In this document: one piece after another, positions 9,919 to 18,697 of the stretch
How positions within the stretch are numbered: position 1 is the stretch's first letter
Layout of the letters: every line of letters begins with the position of its first letter
DNA from: an uncultured Methylomirabilota bacterium
GTDB taxonomy: Bacteria > Methylomirabilota > Methylomirabilia > Methylomirabilales > 2-02-FULL-66-22
Reading direction: 5' to 3'
Assembly (NCBI GenBank): GCA_963845565.1
Contig: CAWJSJ010000002.1
Span: 1,952,001 to 2,016,000, forward strand
DNA: 64,000 nt
Translations under genes and position numbers: made by a program
Notes under the pieces: model-generated
Told to the model about the DNA's origin: nothing
Databases searched by the model: none
Seen by the model: the letters and a program-made list of their open reading frames with translations, nothing else

Positions 9919-12174
9919 ATGAGTCCGACCACTCCCGCGTTCCAGCAGAACGTCGTCCTCTTCGGGCACGACCCGAGCCCCCGGCTGGTGGCCTTCGAGT
10001 TGGAGGGGGAGGATCGGGTCCGGGTGTTCGCGCGCGGCGAAGACGGACGGACAACGTCCGACCTCAGGGTGTTCCGCCCCTTCCTTCTCGCGGCCAGCAC
10101 GGATCTGCTGGCGGGTTGGGGGGGCGGGTACGAGGTTGAGCCGCTCGAGGGGGACGGCCTCTACCGATTCCTGATCCTCTTTCACGGCTGGAGCGATGCG
10201 CTGAAAGCCAAGGCCCACCTCCAGAAGAGCGTCGGCCGGATGCAGACGGCGCCGGACGCCCCCTTCCTCTTCATCGGGGACCCGATCCAGCAGTACCTGA
10301 TGCGCTCTGGGCAAAGCCAGTTCCGGGATCTTTCCTTCGGCGCGCTGCGCCGGTTGCAGTTCGACATCGAGACCTATTGCGCCGGCGACTACGACTTCCC
10401 CAGCGCGGCCCGGGCCGCGGACCGGATCATCGCCATCGCCCTCGCCGACAGCACGGGATGGGAGCACGTGATCTCCGGGCAGGCGCTCGCCGAGCCGGAG
10501 ATGCTGCGGGAGTTCGTGCGGATCGTCCGGGATCGCGACCCGGACGTCATCGAGGGGCACAACCTCTTCCGGTTCGATCTGGAATACATCGAGGCCCGTG
10601 CGCGTCGCCACAAGGTGTCGTTGACGCTCGGGCGGGGCGGAGAGCCGCTCCGCGGCCACGCGTCCCGGATGCAGGTTGCCGAGCGGGCCATCGCCTACCG
10701 GAAATACGAGATCGTCGGCCGTCATATCCTCGACACCTGGATCCTGGCACAGCACTACGATGTGACCGCGCGGGAGCTGGAAGGCTATGGCCTGAAGGAG
10801 ATCGCACGCCATTTCGGCGTGGCGGCGCCCGACCGGACCTACCTTCGGGCCGACAAGATCTCGGCCATCTTCGACGCCGAGCCGGAGACCGTGTTGCGCT
10901 ACGCCCTGGACGACGTGCGCGAAGTGCGGGCCCTGAGCGCGATCCTCAGCCAGAGTTACTTCGTCCAGGCCCAGATCTTTCCCTTTTCCTACCAGAATGT
11001 CACCCTGCGGGGGACCGCCACCCGGATCGACGGACTGCTGATCCGCGAGTACCTGCGGCAGCGGCGGGCGATTCCCGCCCCCGAACCGGCCCGGGAGGTG
11101 CTGGGCGGCCACACCGAGATCGCGTTCCAGGGGGTCGCGCACCGGGTCCTGCACTGCGACGTGACCTCCCTCTACCCGTCGGTGATGCTCGCCTTCGGGT
11201 ACGTTCCTCGGCGGGACAGCCTGGGCGTGTTCCCGGCGCTCCTCCGCGACCTCCGGGCCTTCCGGGTGGAGGCCAAGCGTCTTGCCCGGACGGCGGAGAC
11301 GGACGAGACTCGGGCGCACTATGAGGCCCTCCAGACGACCTTCAAGATCCTGATCAACTCGTTCTACGGCTACCTCGGCTTCCCCATGGGCCACTTCAAC
11401 GACTACACGGCGGCCAACCAGGTGACGGCCAAGGGGCGGGAGCTGATCCAGGCGGTGATGGCCTGGCTCCGGGCCCGGGGGGCCCTGGTGATCGAGGTGG
11501 ATACCGACGGGCTGTATTTCGTTGCCCCCGACGACGTCCGATCGGTCGAGGACGAGGAGCGCTTGCTCGCCGAACTGGCGGCGATCCTTCCCGAGGGGAT
11601 CGCGCTGGAGATGGACGGCCGCTTCCAGGCCATGTTCAGTTACAAGATGAAAAATTACGCGCTCCTCGACCACGCCGGCCGCCTGGCGATCACCGGGTCG
11701 GGGCTGAGATCGCGAGGGCTGGAACTGTTCCAGCGAGAGTGGATGGGGGAGATGTTCCGCCACCTGCTGCGGGGCGAGCCGCAGAAAATCCGAGAGTTGA
11801 CGCGGCGGTACGCCGAGGGCTTCGAGCGGCACACGTTCGATGTCCGGACCTTCATGAAGACGGAGACGCTGCAAGATTCCCTCGACACCTACCGGGACAA
11901 GGTCAAGGACAGCCGCCGAAACCCGGCCGCGGCCTACGAGCTGGCGCTCCGATCGGAGCGCGCCTATCAGCCCGGGGATCAGGTGTCCTATTACGTGACC
12001 GGGACCTCGAAGCGGGTCAAGGTGCACGAAGCGGCCAAATTAGCCTCCCAGTGGGATCCGAACGCCCCGGACGAGAACGTCGAGTACTACAAGGCCAAGC
12101 TGGTCGAGTTGGAGGCGAAGTTCCGGCCCTTCTTCGAGCGGGTGCCGGTGGGGCCCGGAGTCGACTCGGCATGA
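9919..12174 (+). CDS. polB: Family B DNA polymerase with 3'-5' exonuclease domain
   Basis: Exo motifs FDIET and GHNLFRFD; polymerase motifs DVTSLYPS, KILINSFYGY, DTDGLY, KNYA. Confidence 0.92.
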   Translation: MSPTTPAFQQNVVLFGHDPSPRLVAFELEGEDRVRVFARGEDGRTTSDLRVFRPFLLAASTDLLAGWGGGYEVEPLEGDGLYRFLILFHGWSDALKAKAHLQKSVGRMQTAPDAPFLFIGDPIQQYLMRSGQSQFRDLSFGALRRLQFDIETYCAGDYDFPSAARAADRIIAIALADSTGWEHVISGQALAEPEMLREFVRIVRDRDPDVIEGHNLFRFDLEYIEARARRHKVSLTLGRGGEPLRGHASRMQVAERAIAYRKYEIVGRHILDTWILAQHYDVTARELEGYGLKEIARHFGVAAPDRTYLRADKISAIFDAEPETVLRYALDDVREVRALSAILSQSYFVQAQIFPFSYQNVTLRGTATRIDGLLIREYLRQRRAIPAPEPAREVLGGHTEIAFQGVAHRVLHCDVTSLYPSVMLAFGYVPRRDSLGVFPALLRDLRAFRVEAKRLARTAETDETRAHYEALQTTFKILINSFYGYLGFPMGHFNDYTAANQVTAKGRELIQAVMAWLRARGALVIEVDTDGLYFVAPDDVRSVEDEERLLAELAAILPEGIALEMDGRFQAMFSYKMKNYALLDHAGRLAITGSGLRSRGLELFQREWMGEMFRHLLRGEPQKIRELTRRYAEGFERHTFDVRTFMKTETLQDSLDTYRDKVKDSRRNPAAAYELALRSERAYQPGDQVSYYVTGTSKRVKVHEAAKLASQWDPNAPDENVEYYKAKLVELEAKFRPFFERVPVGPGVDSA

Positions 12175-12581
12175 GGGTGCTGCTCGAGGTGGAGAATCTC
12201 CAGCACAACCTGGCGGTGATCCGCCACATCTGCGACCGGGTCGCGGTCATGTACCTGGGCCGCATCGTGGAGATGGCGCCGGTCGAGGCCCTCTTCGAAA
12301 CGCCGAAACATCCCTACACCGAGGCCCTGCTCAGCGCCGTGCCGACACTGGAGACCGAGGCGCGTCGCGAGGAGATCATCCTGGACGGAGACGTGCCGAG
12401 CCCGCTGCGGGTGCCGTCGGGCTGCCGATTCCACCCCCGATGTCACCGCCGGTTAGGCGAGATCTGTCTCCGCCTTGTCCCGGCGCTGTCCGGCGTCGGA
12501 AACGGGCACGACGCGGCGTGCCACATCCACACACCGCCCGCGGGCGACGGCTCGGCGGGGCCGCTGACCCAGTCGACGTGA
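12171..12581 (+). pseudogene. Oligopeptide ABC ATP-binding protein with large in-frame internal deletion
   Basis: MRVLLEVENL joined via Q to H-loop HNLAV...DRVAVMYLG, PKHPYTEALL, GCRFHPRC; Walker A, signature and Walker B absent. Confidence 0.8.
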
Positions 12582-12606
12582 ATCCCAACCGGAGGAAAGG
12601 ACAGCC

Positions 12607-13779
12607 ATGACCGCACGGTGCGAGGCGATCACGCGGTGGCTCCAGGCGCATGACGCGGAGGCGATTGCGTTCCTGGAGGCGCTGGTCAACCAGGATAGCG
12701 GGACGTACGACCGGGCGGCCGTGAACCGGGTGGCGGACCAACTGGCTCGGGTCTACGCCGACCTCGGGTTTGCGGTGGAGCGGTTCCCGCAGGCGGAATT
12801 CGGCGACCACCTCCTCGCCTCGCGGCCAGGTACGGCACCGGCCCGGTCTCTCCTCTGCATCGGCCACATGGACACCGTCTTTCCGGCGGGCACGGCGGCC
12901 GCCCGCCCCTTCCGGATCGACGGAGCGCGCGCCACCGGTCCGGGCGTGGTGGACATGAAGGGCGGCCTCACGACGCTCATCTTTGCCCTGCGCGCCCTGG
13001 CGGCAACCGACTCTCCGGCGTTCCGGGAGATGGGCTGTGCGGTGCTGATCAATTCGGACGAGGAAATCGGCTCCCCCACCTCGCGGCAGATGTTTCTGGA
13101 CCTGGCGCATCGCCATCACGCCGCCATCGTTTTGGAGCCGGCGCGGCCGAATGGCGAGTGCGTCATCGGGCGCAAGGGCGTGGGGCACTTCCAATTTGAG
13201 GTCTGCGGACGGCAGGCACATGCCGGCTCCCAGCCGGAGCTGGGGATCAACGCCATCTGGGAACTGGCCCACAAGGTCTGCGCCTTACAGGCCCTCACCG
13301 ATCTCGAGCGTGGCACCACCATCAACGTCGGGGCCATCCGCGGCGGCGAGCGCTCGAATGTGGTTCCCGACCGCGCCTCGGCTGACGTCGATCTACGCGT
13401 TCGGAGCAGCGAGGAGGCCGACCGCGTCGTGCAGGAGTTTCGCGAGATCGCTGCGCGCTCCACGGTCCACGGCGCGACCTGTACGCTGCAGGGGGAGATT
13501 TCCAATCCCCCCTGGCAGACCAACCCGGGGACGCGCCACATGCTGGCGATCCTGAACCAAGCGGCCGCGCCGCTGGGGCTCACCATCGAAGGGGTCACCA
13601 CCGGCGGGGGTTCGGACGGCAGCCGGACCGCGCAGGTCATTCCGACCCTGGATGGCCTGGGACCGGTGGGAAGCAAGGCGCACAGCCCGGAGGAGTACCT
13701 GGAAGTTGCCAGCCTGCGACAGCGTGCGGCGCTCCTGGCACTCTTCATGGAAACGTGGTATGAACGATTTCAGCCGTAG
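12607..13779 (+). CDS. M20 metallopeptidase (glutamate carboxypeptidase-like)
   Basis: GHMDTVF, GPGVVDMKGG, DEEIGS, AHAG, GGGSDG, AHSPEE. Confidence 0.9.
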   Translation: MTARCEAITRWLQAHDAEAIAFLEALVNQDSGTYDRAAVNRVADQLARVYADLGFAVERFPQAEFGDHLLASRPGTAPARSLLCIGHMDTVFPAGTAAARPFRIDGARATGPGVVDMKGGLTTLIFALRALAATDSPAFREMGCAVLINSDEEIGSPTSRQMFLDLAHRHHAAIVLEPARPNGECVIGRKGVGHFQFEVCGRQAHAGSQPELGINAIWELAHKVCALQALTDLERGTTINVGAIRGGERSNVVPDRASADVDLRVRSSEEADRVVQEFREIAARSTVHGATCTLQGEISNPPWQTNPGTRHMLAILNQAAAPLGLTIEGVTTGGGSDGSRTAQVIPTLDGLGPVGSKAHSPEEYLEVASLRQRAALLALFMETWYERFQP

Positions 13780-13917
13780 GGGCGCGCTGTCCAAAGGGTG
13801 TACGAATGACTGATGACCGCTGGCAAACGACCCTTGGGAACGCAAACCATCGGCCGTTGCGCTTGGGTCATTGGTTGCTGACATGGCGGGTGCCGGAGCG
13901 TCTCCGGCAGGGAATTC

Positions 13918-14811
13918 ATGCCACAGTTTGAGACCTATTTCCCGGAAACGCTGGACGAGGTGGCCGCCTTGCTGCTTGCGGCGGACGGGCGGCCGCACCC
14001 TCGCGTCCGGGGCGCGACGCTGTGTGCGCAGACGGAGGACGGTGGGGGTTCGGCGTCGATCCTGGTGGACCTCGCGCGTGTGCCGGAGATGAACCGGCTC
14101 GAATACGACGAGCGCAACGGTTTGGTCGTCGGCACCGCCGTTCTCGCGACGGAGCCCCTCGGCTTCCCACCGGTCCAGGACGCCTACGCCATCTTGGCCG
14201 ACGGACTGGGCGCGGTCGTTCCCGAGGACGCGCGGCCGGACGTCACGCTGGGCGAGTTGCTGGACGAATGGCCCCCGGCGGCGAACCTGCTGGTCCCGCT
14301 GATCTGTCTGGGGGCATCCGTCGCGATCTTCGGCCCCCACGGCTGGTCGGAGATGACGGTAGAGGCACTGTGCGCGAAGCGACGTGGCACGGCGCTACAC
14401 CACGGGGAATTCCTGGTCGGCGTCCGGCTCCCCGCCCCGTTTCCGCGCTCCGGCGGCGCCTACCTCCGGTCGGCATCGGCGGGAACCGACGGCGGGGCAG
14501 CCGGCGTCGGTGCGTTCCTCCTCATGGAAGACGACCGCGTGACCTGCTGCGGCGCCCGCGTGACGGTGTGGGACGCAACCGCCGCACCCCAGCGGGCCCT
14601 CGAGGCGGAGCGGTTCCTGCGGGGAAAGCGCCTCGGCGACGCCGAGACAGCGAGTGCCGGCGAGCTCGTTCCGGCGAGTGGCGGGCCGCCGCCGCGTCGC
14701 TCTGGGTGTGCGGCAGTGCGGCGGGACGGGCTGGCGGCGCTCGCCGGCCAGGTCATCCGGCTCGCCTTCGGCCGCGCGCAAGACGCGCCCGGCCAGGGCG
14801 GTCGAGGATGA
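13918..14811 (+). CDS. Divergent FAD-binding subunit of xanthine/CO dehydrogenase family
   Basis: FETYFPETLDEVAALL, LVDLARVPEM, GEFLVGVRLP, RALEAERFLRGK; FAD motifs degenerate. Confidence 0.7.
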   Translation: MPQFETYFPETLDEVAALLLAADGRPHPRVRGATLCAQTEDGGGSASILVDLARVPEMNRLEYDERNGLVVGTAVLATEPLGFPPVQDAYAILADGLGAVVPEDARPDVTLGELLDEWPPAANLLVPLICLGASVAIFGPHGWSEMTVEALCAKRRGTALHHGEFLVGVRLPAPFPRSGGAYLRSASAGTDGGAAGVGAFLLMEDDRVTCCGARVTVWDATAAPQRALEAERFLRGKRLGDAETASAGELVPASGGPPPRRSGCAAVRRDGLAALAGQVIRLAFGRAQDAPGQGGRG

Positions 14812-14844
14812 GCGTGCGTGTCACGCCGCTCTGCGAGGTGGGGG

Positions 14845-15576
14845 ATGGACATTGACGGCAAGGTCGCGCTGGTGACCGGTGCCGCGAAGCGCGTGGGCCG
14901 GAGCATTGCGCTGGCCCTGGCGGAGCGCGGCGCCGAGCTGGTCGTCCATTACCACGGGTCCGAACGCGAGGCGCACGACGTCCTGGCTCGGGCCAAGCAG
15001 TTGGGGGGAAAGCCGGTGGCGGCACGCGCCGATCTGTCGAGATCTGCGGAGATCGATGCGCTGGTGGAAACCGCCGTGCGTGCCTTCGGTCGGATCGACA
15101 TCCTGGTGAACAGCGCCGCCATCTTCTATCGGACGCCGATCGCAACCCTGACGGAGGCGGACTGGGATCGGTTTCTGACCGTGAATCTCAAGGCGCCATT
15201 CCTGCTGTGCCGCCGGGCGGGAGAGTTGATGTCTCGGCAGGGCTCCGGAAAGATCGTCAACGTGGCGGACATCGCGGGGACCAAGGTCTGGGCGGAGTAC
15301 ATCCCGTATTCGGTGTCGAAGGCGGGGCTTCTCGCCCTCACGACGGGGCTGGCCAAGGCGCTGGCCCCGGCGGTTCAGGTGAACGCCATCGCACCCGGAA
15401 CGGTGCTGTTGCCGGACGGCAGTTCCGCCGAGGAGCGGGTGCGGGCGCTGGCACGGGTCCCGCTGCAGCGGCTGGGTTCGCCCGAGGATATCGCCCGCGC
15501 GGCCGTCTATCTCATCCAGAGCGACTTCGTTACCGGCGAGGTGCTGACGGTGGACGGCGGGCAGCGCCTGGTGTGA
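14845..15576 (+). CDS. SDR oxidoreductase, pteridine-reductase-like
   Basis: TGAAKRVG, VHY, NVADI, YSVSK, VNAIAPG. Confidence 0.9.
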   Translation: MDIDGKVALVTGAAKRVGRSIALALAERGAELVVHYHGSEREAHDVLARAKQLGGKPVAARADLSRSAEIDALVETAVRAFGRIDILVNSAAIFYRTPIATLTEADWDRFLTVNLKAPFLLCRRAGELMSRQGSGKIVNVADIAGTKVWAEYIPYSVSKAGLLALTTGLAKALAPAVQVNAIAPGTVLLPDGSSAEERVRALARVPLQRLGSPEDIARAAVYLIQSDFVTGEVLTVDGGQRLV

Positions 15577-15690
15577 GGGCCGGACCTCGGTGTGCAACGC
15601 GGCGACGCATTGGCGAGGGCGGGTTGCCGTGGTCGCGTGACGGCCGCGTGGGCGACTATCGGTGGCAGGACGACCGGAAAAGGAGAGACC

Positions 15691-15963
15691 ATGTTTGGAT
15701 TGGGCATGCCGGAGCTCATCATCATCCTGGTGATCGGCCTGCTCGTCTTCGGCGCCGGGCGGTTGCCGGAGATCGGCAGCTCTCTCGGCAAGGCGATCAA
15801 GGGATTCAAGGAGGCCTCGGACAAGCGGGAGCCGGAACCCCCGGCGCCCACAGGGGAGGCGGGCGGCGCCACGTCACCCACCTGTCCGCAATGCGGGCAT
15901 GCGGTGACCGCCGACGCGGCGTTTTGCGCGGGCTGCGGAAAGAAGCTGTCCGAGAAGGGATGA
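15691..15963 (+). CDS. tatA: TatA/E translocase subunit with C-terminal zinc ribbon
   Basis: [40 protein letters not shown] plus CPQCG...FCAGCG; RBS AGGAG. Confidence 0.9.
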   Translation: MFGLGMPELIIILVIGLLVFGAGRLPEIGSSLGKAIKGFKEASDKREPEPPAPTGEAGGATSPTCPQCGHAVTADAAFCAGCGKKLSEKG

Positions 15964-15983
15964 GGCGACCCGGCCGGAAAACG

Positions 15984-16014
15984 AAAGGCCCCCGGGACAT
16001 CCCGGGGGCCTTTT
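15984..16014. terminator. Bidirectional intrinsic terminator between convergent tatA and csp
   Basis: AAAGGCCCCCGGGA-CA-TCCCGGGGGCCTTTT. Confidence 0.8.
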
Positions 16015-16034
16015 GGTCATGGCGACGCGTTCGA

Positions 16035-16241
16035 CTAGGCGGCCCGAGTAACGTTGGCGGCCTGCAGGCCCTTGGGGCCTTGGACCACGTCGAACTCAAC
16101 AGCCTGCCCTTCATTCAGGGTCTTGAAGCCATCAGCCTGAATGGCGGAATAGTGCACGAACACATCCTCACCGTCAGGTCGCTCGATGAAACCAAAGCCC
16201 TTCGCATCGTTGAACCACTTCACAGTTCCTTTGCTACGCAA
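16035..16241 (-). CDS. csp: Cold-shock protein
   Basis: [38 protein letters not shown] start with AGGAGG. Confidence 0.97.
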   Translation of the reverse strand: MRSKGTVKWFNDAKGFGFIERPDGEDVFVHYSAIQADGFKTLNEGQAVEFDVVQGPKGLQAANVTRAA

Positions 16242-16302
16242 CTGACAACACCTCCTTCCCTGCTTGCGCTACGGCGCCCCGCATCGGGGCGCACCCTCTC
16301 AT

Positions 16303-16342
16303 AAAAACAAAAAACCGCAGGAGCGGCGTCTGCTCCTACGGT
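16303..16342 (-). terminator. Intrinsic terminator-like hairpin inside the csp 5' leader
   Basis: Minus strand ACCGTAGGAGC-N7-GCTCCTGCGGT followed by TTTTTGTTTTT. Confidence 0.65.
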
Positions 16343-16391
16343 CCTTCCCTGCGGAAATAACCAATCTGGATGCTGACTACCGACGGTCGGG

Positions 16392-16420
16392 AGGATAGCC
16401 TGCGACCCCGCACCTGTCAA
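16392..16420 (-). promoter_or_regulatory. Sigma70 promoter of csp
   Basis: Minus strand TTGACA-17-TATCCT. Confidence 0.7.
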
Positions 16421-16616
16421 GGACTATTATTGCGGCAAGCCGGGAGGTCTCGCCTCGGCATCCCGTCGCGCCGGCGGCCTTGGTCCCGCCGGACCCTCCT
16501 TGACGGGCCCCGGGGGGTCTGATACCGTCTGGGCTCGTCGGGCGTGCGATGCGTCGGCGACGGAGTGGCGTCGAGGCCGAGAGTTCCTACGGTTGTCAAG
16601 CTCACGGAGGGTCTTC

Positions 16617-17546
16617 ATGCGTGACGTCATCATTCTGGGGTCCGGACCGGCGGGGTTGACGGCGGCGGTGTATGCGGCCCGGGCGCACCTCGCGCCCCTG
16701 ATTGTGGACGGGCACGAGCCCGGTGGGCAGCTCACGCTGACGACCATGGTGGAGAATTTTCCGGGCTTTCCGGAGGGATTGCTGGGCCCTGACCTCATCC
16801 GGGCGATGCGCCAGCAGGCCGAACGGTTCGGGGCGGAGTTTCGCCAGGGGGCGGTTGCTGCCGCGGATCTCAGCCGGCGTCCGTTCCGGATCACCATCAA
16901 CGGGACGGTGGAGGAGTGCCGGGCGCTCATCATCGCGACCGGGGCGTCGGCGAAGATGCTGGGGCTTCCCTCGGAGCGTCAACTGGTCGGACACGGGGTG
17001 TCCACTTGCGCCACTTGCGACGGATTCTTCTTCCAGGATCAGGAGGTCATGGTCGTCGGCGGCGGCGACTCGGCGCTGGAGGAGGCGTTGTTCCTGACCA
17101 AGTTCGCGAAGCGAGTGACCCTGATCCATCGGCGGGACAAACTGCGCGCATCGAAGATCATGCAGGAGAAGGCCTTCGCAAATCCGAAGATCGCGTTTCT
17201 CTGGGATTCTGCTCCCGAGGAGATCCTGGATGTCATGCAGCAGAAAGTGACCGCGGTGCGGGTGCGTCATCTCAAGACCGGCGCCGTGACGGAGCGGGCG
17301 GTCGACGGGATCTTCGTCGCCATCGGGCACACCCCGAACACCGCCGTCTTTCAGGGACTCCTCGAGATGGACGCCGTCGGCTATCTCAAGACCCACGACG
17401 GAACCAAGACCAGCGTCCCCGGGGTGTTCGCCGCCGGAGACGTGCAGGACCATGTCTACCGCCAGGCGATCACCGCCGCCGGTTCCGGCTGTATGGCCGC
17501 CATCGACGCGGAGCGCTTCCTCGAGCACGGAGGCAGTGGCGACTAG
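16617..17546 (+). CDS. trxB: Thioredoxin-disulfide reductase
   Basis: GSGPAG, ENFPGFP, CATCDGFFF, GGGDSA, GVFAAGDV, YRQAITAAGSG. Confidence 0.97.
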   Translation: MRDVIILGSGPAGLTAAVYAARAHLAPLIVDGHEPGGQLTLTTMVENFPGFPEGLLGPDLIRAMRQQAERFGAEFRQGAVAAADLSRRPFRITINGTVEECRALIIATGASAKMLGLPSERQLVGHGVSTCATCDGFFFQDQEVMVVGGGDSALEEALFLTKFAKRVTLIHRRDKLRASKIMQEKAFANPKIAFLWDSAPEEILDVMQQKVTAVRVRHLKTGAVTERAVDGIFVAIGHTPNTAVFQGLLEMDAVGYLKTHDGTKTSVPGVFAAGDVQDHVYRQAITAAGSGCMAAIDAERFLEHGGSGD

Positions 17547-17626
17547 GCAACCAGGCGATCTGGAATTTCGGAACGGCGCCCTGGCGTTCTCCAATTGCCG
17601 GGTCGCCCAATTGCCCATGTGCCGGA

Positions 17627-17731
17627 TTAGGAGCCGTTACGAAATGACTTGTCATTTTTTTCAATTTCGTTACGGCTCCTTATGCCGTTTCCGGAATTTC
17701 TCCGGTCAAGTTATTCTTTGACAACGGCTTA
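17627..17731 (-). repeat. 105-bp double-hairpin element, family A copy 2 (inverted)
   Basis: Reverse complement matches 6479-6583 and 36726-36830. Confidence 0.9.
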
Positions 17732-17743
17732 TTGGTTTTCGCG

Positions 17744-18640
17744 ATGGATGCCGTAATCGGTCTCGTTCGCGCCTTACTTCCGGTGACCGTGGCCCTGCGG
17801 GTACAGATCCCGCCCGACCACCCCTCCGTTGCGATCTTGGGGGACGAGCGGATGGGGTCCGGGGTGATGGTGGAGCCGGGGATCGCGCTGACCGTGAATT
17901 ACATCGTCATCGGGGCGCGGTCGATCCAGGCCACCTTCCCCGACGGGGAAAGCCACCAGGCCGAAATCGCGGCACAGGATTTCGAGACCGGGCTCGCCGT
18001 GCTTCGCTTGCCCCGGACCGAGGGCGCGAGCGCGGCCTTGGGCGACTCGCGCGCGCTCAGGCGGGGGCAGGAGGTCTTCGTTCTCGGCAGCGCCGGCGCC
18101 ACCGAGCGGCGGGTGAGCAACGGGGTCATCACGGACCTGGGGCCGTTTGACGCCTACTGGGAATACCGTCTGGAATCGGCGATTCAGTCGTCCGCCATCA
18201 ATCCCGGCTTCGGAGGCGGGCCGTTGTTCGACACCCGCGGACGCATCGTGGGCATCACCTCTCTCAATCTGGGGCAGATGGGGCGGTTCAGCCTATCGAT
18301 CCCCGTGCATCTGTACTCCGACCATCGCGAGGATCTGCTGCGTTTCGGCCGGGTGCCTGGGCGCGACCGGCGAGCCTGGATCGGCGTCTACAGCGAGCCG
18401 GCTGCCGGCGGCGTGGCGGTGGCCGGGCTGGTCCCCGATGGTCCCGCCGCCCGCGCGGGCGTTCGCGAGGGCGATCTGATCGTGGCCGTGAACTTCGCCG
18501 AGGTCGCCACGCGCGCCGAGGTCTACGACCACCTCTGGAAGCTTTCGGCGGGCGCCGTCGTGCGCCTGGGAATCCTCCGGGATGGGCAGCACGTCATCGT
18601 CGAGGTGGCGAGCGTGGATCGTACCGAGTTCTACCGGTAG
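17744..18640 (+). CDS. HtrA/S1C-like trypsin-PDZ protein with substituted catalytic residues
   Basis: GSGV, LTVNYIV, AINPGFGGGPL (canonical GNSGG), PDZ with GPAARAGVREGD. Confidence 0.8.
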   Translation: MDAVIGLVRALLPVTVALRVQIPPDHPSVAILGDERMGSGVMVEPGIALTVNYIVIGARSIQATFPDGESHQAEIAAQDFETGLAVLRLPRTEGASAALGDSRALRRGQEVFVLGSAGATERRVSNGVITDLGPFDAYWEYRLESAIQSSAINPGFGGGPLFDTRGRIVGITSLNLGQMGRFSLSIPVHLYSDHREDLLRFGRVPGRDRRAWIGVYSEPAAGGVAVAGLVPDGPAARAGVREGDLIVAVNFAEVATRAEVYDHLWKLSAGAVVRLGILRDGQHVIVEVASVDRTEFYR

Positions 18641-18697
18641 CCGACCGGTGCCCGGCACCGGCCGGGCCGCCCGGTTTCAGCGCGCACGGGAGGGAGC

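Noticed and set aside
9919..12174. Phage or self-replicating-element origin of the family B polymerase
   Set aside because: GC and codon use look host-like and there are no phage, cas1 or terminal-repeat features nearby.
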